Assembly: GCA_022361155.1 (NCBI GenBank)
Contig: JAKSBK010000210.1
Coordinates: forward strand, 2,364-66,363
DNA length: 64,000 bases
Reading direction: 5' to 3'
Origin: Pseudomonadota bacterium
GTDB taxonomy: Bacteria > Myxococcota_A > Polyangia > Polyangiales > JAKSBK01
The notes below the pieces were generated by a model, which made no database searches, was not told the DNA's origin, and saw only the letters and a list, made by a program, of their open reading frames with translations. This document shows, in pieces, positions 57,416-64,000 of the stretch; the first letter of the stretch is position 1; each line of letters begins with the position of its first letter. The position numbers and the translations under genes are program-made.

Positions 57416-58554
57416 GCGTAGAACCCGTTGATCGTGCGGCACACGTACTCGATATCGTCGCCATGCAAGAACTGGTGAATCGGCAGCGACAGAATCCGCT
57501 GCGCCTGGCGCTCTGCAGCAGGGAAAGCGCCTTTCTTGTAGCCGAGCTCCGTTGCCGCCGGCTGTAGATGAATGGGCACCGGATAGTGGACCGCGCTGGC
57601 CACACCGCGGCTTGCCAGATGCGCTTTGAGCTCATCGCGCCGGTCCACCTGAATCACGAACGTATGGTAGGTGTCGATAGCTTGCTCGCGCCAGGCGGGA
57701 TGCTTGACGTGGCGATCATCGAGCAGCTCGAGGTAGCGGCGCGCGTTGGCACGCCGGTCCCGAAGCACGGCATCCAGTCGCTGCAGGCGATACCGGAGCA
57801 CCGCCGCCTGCAGGTTGTCCAAACGCGAGACCACGCCCCATTCGAGCGCGCTGTCGCGGTCCACGAGGCCATGGTCCCGCAGCCTGCGCAGCCGGGTGGC
57901 CAGCTTCGCGTCGCGGCACAAGACGAAACCCGCATCGCCGACGGCATTGAGGTTCTTTAGCGGGTGCGCGGAAAAGCATCCGAGGTGTCCGAAGGTGCCG
58001 GCAGGCTGACCTTTCAGCGTGGCTCCAAAGGCCTGAGCCGCGTCTTCCACTACCTTCAGATCGTGGCGCCGGGCTATCTCCACGATGGCGGGCATATCGG
58101 CGCTGCGACCCGTGAGGTGAATGGGCAGGATCGCCGCGGTGGCCCGGGTGATGGCCGCCTCGATGCCCGAGGGATCGATGTTCTGATCCTCTCCCACGTC
58201 CACGAAGACGGGTCGCGCGCCGGCGTGCACGATGGCGGCCGCCGTGGAAATAAAGGAGTTGGGCGCCGTGATGACCTCATCGCCCGCGCCGATCCCCAGG
58301 GCACGCAGCCCGAGCAGCAGGGCGTCCGTTCCCGACCCCACGGCGACGGCGTGCTCGACTCCAGAGCGGCGCGCGACGGCTGCTTCGAAGCGAGCGATCG
58401 CTTCGCCACCCACCCAGCAGCCCGAGGCGAGCGCCTGTTCGATGGCGGCCATGAGACCTTCACGCTCCTTGCGAAACTGCGCCCGCAGATCGATATAAGG
58501 GATCCGGCGCCACTCTCCGGGGGCTTGGCGGTCTGTTCTAGCTGCTGCCCGCAT
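57412..58554 (-). CDS. DegT/DnrJ/EryC1/StrS-family aminotransferase
   Basis: IPYIDLRAQF..., GSGTDALLL, and FSAHPLKNLNAVGDAG (PLP Lys). Confidence 0.85.
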   Translation of the reverse strand: MRAAARTDRQAPGEWRRIPYIDLRAQFRKEREGLMAAIEQALASGCWVGGEAIARFEAAVARRSGVEHAVAVGSGTDALLLGLRALGIGAGDEVITAPNSFISTAAAIVHAGARPVFVDVGEDQNIDPSGIEAAITRATAAILPIHLTGRSADMPAIVEIARRHDLKVVEDAAQAFGATLKGQPAGTFGHLGCFSAHPLKNLNAVGDAGFVLCRDAKLATRLRRLRDHGLVDRDSALEWGVVSRLDNLQAAVLRYRLQRLDAVLRDRRANARRYLELLDDRHVKHPAWREQAIDTYHTFVIQVDRRDELKAHLASRGVASAVHYPVPIHLQPAATELGYKKGAFPAAERQAQRILSLPIHQFLHGDDIEYVCRTINGFYA

Positions 58555-59644
58555 AAAACTCCTTGACGGTCTTTACGACGTAGTCTTGCTGCCGGCGGGT
58601 CAGGTGCTGATCGCACGGGAAGGTAATCATGGAGGCAGCATGGCGATCCGCGACCGGGAAGGCACCGGCCCTGTAGCCGAGAAACGCGAGACCCTTCTGG
58701 CGGTACAGAGGCACCGGGTAGTGGATCTTGCACTCGATTCCCTTGTCCCGGCAGTAGCGGTACAGCTCGTCTCGATTCTGGGCGAAGACGACATAGAGAT
58801 GGAATACGCAGCGCATGCGAGCGGGGCGGGCCGGCAGGCTGATCTCCGGCAGCTGCCCTAGTTGCTCGTCGTAGTAGCGCGCGTTGTCGATCCGTTGGGA
58901 GGTGATGTTCTCGGCCTGTCCGATCAGCCAGTTGCCGACCAGCGCCTGCAGGGTATCCAGCCGCGAGTTGCAGCCCAGCAAGGCGATTTCGTCCCGGCTG
59001 GTCATGCCATGGTTGCGCAGCAGTCCCAAGGTGTTGGCGAGCTCGTCGTCGCCGGTGACGATCACTCCGCCGTCTCCCCAGACGTTCAGGTTCTTGAGCG
59101 GGTGCAAGGAGAACGCGCCAGCGGTGCCCCAAGTGCCTGCGCGGCGCTGGTCGAGCTCGCCCAAAATGGCCTGACAAGCGTCTTCGACGACGGGAAGCCG
59201 GTTCTTCGTGGCAACGGGCATGAGCTTGCGCATGTCGGTCATGGCTCCCGTGTAGTGGACGGGTACGATGGCGCGCGTCTTGTCGCTGATGACGTCTTCG
59301 ACCTGGTCGACGTTCATGCAGAAGCTGTCGTCGCAGTCTACGAACACCGGGCGCGCCCCAAGCTCGGCAATGGCCCCGGCCGTGGCGACGAAGCTGTTGG
59401 CGGCCGTGATGACCTCGTCGCCAAACCCCACACCGAGCGCTTTGAGGGAAAGCTTCAGGGCGTCGGTTCCGGAACCTACTCCAAGCGCGTGCCTGCTGCC
59501 GATGAGCTCGGCGAAGCGGGCTTCGAAACGGGCCAGCTCGGCACCGAGCGTGAAGTCACCTTGCTGCGCCAGGCTCCGTATGCGATCGAGCAGATCGTCG
59601 ATCTCCGAAAACTGCTGAGGCAAGTAGGAGTAGCGAACGTGCAT
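58538..59644 (-). CDS. DegT/DnrJ/EryC1/StrS-family aminotransferase (second copy)
   Basis: YSYLPQQF..., GSGTDALKL, and FSLHPLKNLNVWGDGG (PLP Lys). Confidence 0.85.
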   Translation of the reverse strand: MHVRYSYLPQQFSEIDDLLDRIRSLAQQGDFTLGAELARFEARFAELIGSRHALGVGSGTDALKLSLKALGVGFGDEVITAANSFVATAGAIAELGARPVFVDCDDSFCMNVDQVEDVISDKTRAIVPVHYTGAMTDMRKLMPVATKNRLPVVEDACQAILGELDQRRAGTWGTAGAFSLHPLKNLNVWGDGGVIVTGDDELANTLGLLRNHGMTSRDEIALLGCNSRLDTLQALVGNWLIGQAENITSQRIDNARYYDEQLGQLPEISLPARPARMRCVFHLYVVFAQNRDELYRYCRDKGIECKIHYPVPLYRQKGLAFLGYRAGAFPVADRHAASMITFPCDQHLTRRQQDYVVKTVKEFYAGSS

Positions 59645-59657
59645 CACGGGGCTCCGA

Positions 59658-60740
59658 TCAAAAGGGGCCTTGAAAGGCCGGATGCGGGACATCCAGCGGC
59701 AGGTCCTCGCGCTTGCTCACGAGCGTTTCGCAGACCCGCGCAACCGTTTTCTCGCTCAATCCTGCGAGCTTGCCTGCGGCGCGAGCCAGGTCGGGAGAAC
59801 GCGGATAGTACTCGGCTGCAAGGGCTCGCGAGCTGGGCGTCGGGTGCTCGGGCAAGCCCATGCGAACCGGGGCGGCCTCGAGACGGGCGAAGCAGGCTTC
59901 GGATACGCGGGCGGTGACCTCGGCACCGATGCCGAGATTCTGAAAGCCCGTGTCGACGCACAGGAGCTTGCCGGTTCGCCTGACCGATTCGTAGATCGCG
60001 CTCGGACGGAGCGGACTGAGCAGGCGCAGGTCGATCAGCTCGACCTCGCAGCCTTCCCGTGCAAGGGCATCTGCGGCCTGCAAGGCTTCGAGGGTCATGT
60101 AGGAAGTTGTGACCAGCGTCAGGTCGCGGCCCGGGCGTATGCACCTGGGCCCGTCGAGCGGCAAGGGCGTGCTGCCGGCGGGGACATGGCCTCGCACGTA
60201 GTGCACCCAGCGGTGCTCGATGAAGATCACCGGGCCGTCGTCCGCGATCGCACCAAGAAGCAGTCCCTTCGCGTCGGCAGCGCTGGAGGGCATGACCACC
60301 TTGAGCCCGGGAACCTGGGCAAACATGGCTTCGAGGCTCTGGGAGTGGGCGGGACCCTGGCCCCAGCCGCGTCCCACGATCAGGCGTACGACCAGGGGCA
60401 CTCGGTGCCTGCCGTCCGAAACGTAGTGGAGCTTCGCGGCGTTGTTGACCAGCTGTTCCATCGCAAGCAGGCAGAACTCGACGCGCTGATGGATCACCAG
60501 CGGGCGCTGCCCGAGCAAGGCCGCACCGATGGCGATGCCGGTAAACGCCGCCTCGGAAATGGGCATCTCGAGCACGCGCTCTCGGCCGTAGCGTTGCCAA
60601 AGCCCTGCGGTCGTACCGAAGATGCCCTTGGGATCGAGCGCGCCTTCGCCCATGACGAAGACAGCCGGATCGGACTCGAGCGCGATCGCCGTGGCTTCGA
60701 AAATGGCCTGAGCCGCTGTCAGCATGCGGGTTTCAGGCAT
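59658..60740 (-). CDS. ThDP-dependent 2-oxoacid dehydrogenase E1 beta / transketolase C-terminal-like subunit
   Basis: Pyrimidine-binding domain pattern (VFVMGEG..., EAAFTGIAIGAAL, GPAHSQS), then a transketolase C-terminal-like domain. Confidence 0.8.
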   Translation of the reverse strand: MPETRMLTAAQAIFEATAIALESDPAVFVMGEGALDPKGIFGTTAGLWQRYGRERVLEMPISEAAFTGIAIGAALLGQRPLVIHQRVEFCLLAMEQLVNNAAKLHYVSDGRHRVPLVVRLIVGRGWGQGPAHSQSLEAMFAQVPGLKVVMPSSAADAKGLLLGAIADDGPVIFIEHRWVHYVRGHVPAGSTPLPLDGPRCIRPGRDLTLVTTSYMTLEALQAADALAREGCEVELIDLRLLSPLRPSAIYESVRRTGKLLCVDTGFQNLGIGAEVTARVSEACFARLEAAPVRMGLPEHPTPSSRALAAEYYPRSPDLARAAGKLAGLSEKTVARVCETLVSKREDLPLDVPHPAFQGPF

Positions 60741-61728
60741 AGACCTTGGTCCTTGCATGGGCCGGGTTCGGAAAGGGAGCACGCTGCGCCGCCGTGAAGG
60801 CGGTTTCGATCTCGCGCTTCAGTTTCAGCAGCAGCTCGCATTCCAGCGCCGCGTCCCACAGCTCCCGGCGTTCGAGCCACGCCTTGAAACGCTGGATCGG
60901 GCACTGCGCCTTCCAGCGGGCGAGCTCTCCCTGAGGCCGGTAGCCCAGCTGGTCATCGCACTGGGGGCCGCAGTGCTCGAGCCAACGGTAGGTGTCGACG
61001 CACACCAGGCCCGGTCCGCCTCCGGATCGGGCGCGCTCGACAGCCTCCGTGCTCCGGCGATAAACCTCTAGTACGTCGTTGCCATCGGCGCGCCGGGCGG
61101 GCAGCCCATGCGCCGCCCCGAAACGGGTGAGCTGCCCGGACGGCTGGCGGTCATCGATGCGCGTATAGACCGAGTACAGGTTGTTCTCCACGAAGAACAC
61201 GATCGGAAGCCGATGGGCTGTAGCGAAGTTGGCGGCTTCGTGGGCAACGCCCTCTTCCAGAGCCGCATCTCCCAGAAAGGCCATGCAAACGCGGCGCTGC
61301 GCGCGTTGCCGAAAAGCGAGGGCCACCCCGACGCCGATGGGAATCGAGCTTGCCACGATCGGCACGCTGGCCAAGACACCTGCCGCGTCGTCGAAGAGGT
61401 GCATGGAGCCGCCACGGCCGCCACAGCATCCCGTGACCTTGCCGTAGAGTTCTGCCAGCATGGCCCCAAGGTCGCCTCCTTTCGCCAGGTAGTGGCCGTG
61501 GCAGCGGTGCGTACTGACGATCTTGTCGTCGGCTTGCAGCGCCCGGCAGGCACCGACCGCGCTGGCTTCCTGCCCGATCGACAGATGCACCGGGCAGCGC
61601 ATTTCCTGTTCGCCGTAGCGCCCGGCGATCGCCTCCTCGACCAAGCGAATGCGCCGCATTTGGCGGTAGACCCCGCGCAGCCCATCGTGGGACAGCCGAG
61701 CCGGGTGCTGGGGAAGCGCTTCGTGCAC
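60733..61728 (-). CDS. ThDP-dependent 2-oxoacid dehydrogenase E1 alpha-like subunit
   Basis: GQEASAVG..., GGRGGSMH, and the ThDP-binding motif FLGDAALEEGVAHEAANFA...ENN. Confidence 0.8.
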   Translation of the reverse strand: MHEALPQHPARLSHDGLRGVYRQMRRIRLVEEAIAGRYGEQEMRCPVHLSIGQEASAVGACRALQADDKIVSTHRCHGHYLAKGGDLGAMLAELYGKVTGCCGGRGGSMHLFDDAAGVLASVPIVASSIPIGVGVALAFRQRAQRRVCMAFLGDAALEEGVAHEAANFATAHRLPIVFFVENNLYSVYTRIDDRQPSGQLTRFGAAHGLPARRADGNDVLEVYRRSTEAVERARSGGGPGLVCVDTYRWLEHCGPQCDDQLGYRPQGELARWKAQCPIQRFKAWLERRELWDAALECELLLKLKREIETAFTAAQRAPFPNPAHARTKVYA

Positions 61729-61730
61729 GA

Positions 61731-62738
61731 TTAGTGCAGCCTCGCTTCTTGCATCCGTTTGATGTTGAAGTAGCGGGGATCTTCGAGGGAGTTAGGTACC
61801 TTGCCCGCCCGGAAGGCCCCCCGCAGATCGCGCACCGCGTCGGCTATGCTTCTCGTGGGGCTGAAGCCGAGCTTTGTACGCGCCTTGGCCGAGGACACGC
61901 GGTAGGAGCGTCGATCTTCGCTTGCTGTCACTCGGATGCCGACATCGGCGTCTAGGGTGTCCCGCACGGTTTCGGCGATCTCGATGAGACTCAGGTTGTC
62001 CGAGCCCACGTTGAAGATCTCGTTGTCGATCCTGCTGGCGGGCTGCTCGAGGAGATATAGATAGAAATCCACCATATCGTCGATGTGGATGTTGGGTCGG
62101 AGCTGCTCGCCACCGAACACCGTGATCAGGTTCTTGCTGATGGCGTGGTTGGTGAAGATGTTGACCGTCAGATCGAGACGCAGTCGAGCAGCATACCCGC
62201 ACACCGTGGCGGGACGGACCGTGACCGCCGTCAACCCATCGCTGCGCCTATCGTGCAGAATGTCTTCGCACAGCGCCTTGTAGCGCGAGTAGTCGGTGAG
62301 CGGCTTCGGCTCGAGCGCTTCGGTGATGTCCGGCTCGTCGCGCAGGCCGTAGACGCTCGACGAGGAGGCATACACGAAGCGTCTCACGCCCGCCTCTGTG
62401 GCGCTCTGAAGCAAGGGCTCGAAGGCATCGAAGTTGATCGACTTGCCGAGCCTGGGATCGAGATCGTAGGAGGGGTCGTTGGAAATGCAGGCGAGGTGAA
62501 CCAGGGCGTCGGCGCCGCCGAGCGCTTGCCGGACCAGTTTGGCGTCGCGCACGTCGCCCTCGACCTCTCGCAGGCGGTCGCCGCGATAGGCCCTGAAGAC
62601 GTCTCGGCCATACAGGTACAAGTCCATGACGGTTACCCGGTAGCCGGCATCCAGCAACCGCGGCACGAGCGCAGAACCCACGTAGCCTGCACCGCCGGTG
62701 ACGAGCACGTGCTCGAACAGACGTTGGCCTCGCAGCAT
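61731..62738 (-). CDS. NAD-dependent epimerase/dehydratase (extended SDR)
   Basis: VTGGAGYVGSAL Rossmann motif and YSRYK (YxxxK) catalytic motif. Confidence 0.85.
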   Translation of the reverse strand: MLRGQRLFEHVLVTGGAGYVGSALVPRLLDAGYRVTVMDLYLYGRDVFRAYRGDRLREVEGDVRDAKLVRQALGGADALVHLACISNDPSYDLDPRLGKSINFDAFEPLLQSATEAGVRRFVYASSSSVYGLRDEPDITEALEPKPLTDYSRYKALCEDILHDRRSDGLTAVTVRPATVCGYAARLRLDLTVNIFTNHAISKNLITVFGGEQLRPNIHIDDMVDFYLYLLEQPASRIDNEIFNVGSDNLSLIEIAETVRDTLDADVGIRVTASEDRRSYRVSSAKARTKLGFSPTRSIADAVRDLRGAFRAGKVPNSLEDPRYFNIKRMQEARLH

Positions 62739-63436
62739 CAGCGGGCACCGGATCCGATCGAGGCGACCGAGCCCCCCGCGTCATCGAAAATCGGCGCGCG
62801 CAGGGGCCGTCGCGGTTCTCGGCTCGACTCCGCCCCCAGCTTCCGAGTCAGCCAGCTCGTGATCAGGTGGGCGACCACGGCATGTGCTGCTTCCGCCGCA
62901 CCGTAGTCACAGACCGCGACATGAATCGAGCAGTCCGCCTCGGCCAGCGCTCGCCCGCCGTCGAAGCCGAGCCAGGCCATGCTGGTGAGCTCGAGACGCC
63001 GTGCCCACTTCAGCGCCTCCAAGACGTTGGGGGAGTTACCGCTCGCGCTGATCACCAGCAGCACGTCGCCCGCAAGCGCCAGGCCGCGCAACTGTTCGCC
63101 AAAGACGCAGGCGTAGGATTCGTCGTTAGCCCAGGCGGTCAGCGTGGCCACGTTGTCGCACAGCGAGCGCGCGCGAAAGCGCTTCGTCTGTTTACGAGGT
63201 TCGCGGCCGCACGTGGTCTTTTCGAGATCGCACGCGAAGTGACTTGCCAGGGACGCGCTGCCCCCGTTGCCTGCGACAAAGACCTGGGCGCCGCGCCGAT
63301 AGGCATCGAGGAGCACGAGCGCACAGCGCTCGATGGACTGCGCGGGGATTGCTTGGAGCGTTTCCGAAAAGGCTGCGACATAGTCGTGCGCAAATGTTGC
63401 AGGTGATGCGAGCGACTCGGATGTTGTAGGCGTCAC
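62738..63436 (-). CDS. SIS-domain sugar-phosphate isomerase (GmhA-like)
   Basis: VFVAGNGGSASLASHFACDL and LLVISASGNSPNVLEAL. GTG start overlaps the upstream TGA. Confidence 0.75.
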   Translation of the reverse strand: MTPTTSESLASPATFAHDYVAAFSETLQAIPAQSIERCALVLLDAYRRGAQVFVAGNGGSASLASHFACDLEKTTCGREPRKQTKRFRARSLCDNVATLTAWANDESYACVFGEQLRGLALAGDVLLVISASGNSPNVLEALKWARRLELTSMAWLGFDGGRALAEADCSIHVAVCDYGAAEAAHAVVAHLITSWLTRKLGAESSREPRRPLRAPIFDDAGGSVASIGSGAR

Positions 63437-64000
63437 GCGATTCTCCACTGGCCGAAGCGGCCGCTGTCGAAGTCCTTGCGGGCCGACTTCAAGCGCTCGG
63501 GCGAGTCCACGGCGCAGCGATAGCCCGCAAGCGATTGAGCCCAAAGATTGCCCGCTGCGGCCCAGCGAGGAAATGCGTCCCGCGGCAGGTCCTGCGCCTG
63601 CATTACGTCGAGCTCGTCGAGGGCGGCTTGAGACAGCACGCACAAACCGGAAAAGGCCCAGCTCCCCTCGGGATCGGCGAAGGGTGGCGCAACCCGGGGC
63701 CGCTCTACAAAGCGCTTGACGAGGCCGCGCTCGTCGACATGAGCGTAGCTGTTCGACCCGCGGCGCCGATGGACGAGCAGGGTCGCAAGCGCGCTCCGCT
63801 CGCAATGAACGCCGAAGAGCGACGCGAGATCGTGCTCGGTGAGCACGTCGCCGTAGTGGACCAGCAGCGGCCCGTCGTCAAAGTGCTCGCGCAACGCCCG
63901 CAGCGTGCCGGCCGTTCCTAGTGGACTCTGCTCGTAGCTGAAGCTGATCGCCAGGCCATAGCGCGCACCGCTGCCTAGATGGTTCCTGAACTGCTGGGCG
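63433..64000 (-). CDS. Sugar-phosphate nucleotidyltransferase (5' end outside window)
   Basis: ...YEQSPLGTAGTLRAL..VHYGDVLT... resembles the NTP_transferase domain. The open frame continues to the window edge. Confidence 0.7.
   Translation of the reverse strand, partial: AQQFRNHLGSGARYGLAISFSYEQSPLGTAGTLRALREHFDDGPLLVHYGDVLTEHDLASLFGVHCERSALATLLVHRRRGSNSYAHVDERGLVKRFVERPRVAPPFADPEGSWAFSGLCVLSQAALDELDVMQAQDLPRDAFPRWAAAGNLWAQSLAGYRCAVDSPERLKSARKDFDSGRFGQWRIA

Overview
High-GC (roughly 68-70%) bacterial chromosomal window. Gene content suggests Myxococcota or a similar deltaproteobacterium (inference only). It is densely coding, with long spurious antisense ORFs as expected at this GC. Housekeeping genes: dnaJ, RluA-family synthase, pcm, uvrB, rpmE, prfA, ribA, cdd, fabD, acyP. 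Islands: (1) a DUF4266/DUF3570 envelope module. (2) A translationally coupled HprK-like / PqqD / radical-SAM-SPASM trio, followed on the same strand by a giant FG-GAP lipoprotein, a 55-aa Cys-containing ORF with a good SD, and a SipW-like S26 peptidase; this is my best candidate for an undescribed RiPP-type system. (3) feoAB with a Fur box. (4) A complete pst operon with two complementary-degenerate PstB paralogs and a PhoU-ArsC/LMW-PTP fusion, plus two tandem porin paralogs with Pho-box-like repeats. (5) A long minus-strand nucleotide-sugar cluster with ThDP E1 alpha/beta, two DegT aminotransferases and a radical SAM enzyme. A family of about 100-160 bp palindromic MITE-like elements occurs at least 5 times, plus partial copies. 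Its conserved TTAG end supplies the TAG stop codon of at least five, probably six, adjacent genes. All calls rest on reading the sequence and translations and on recalled family motifs. No database search was run.
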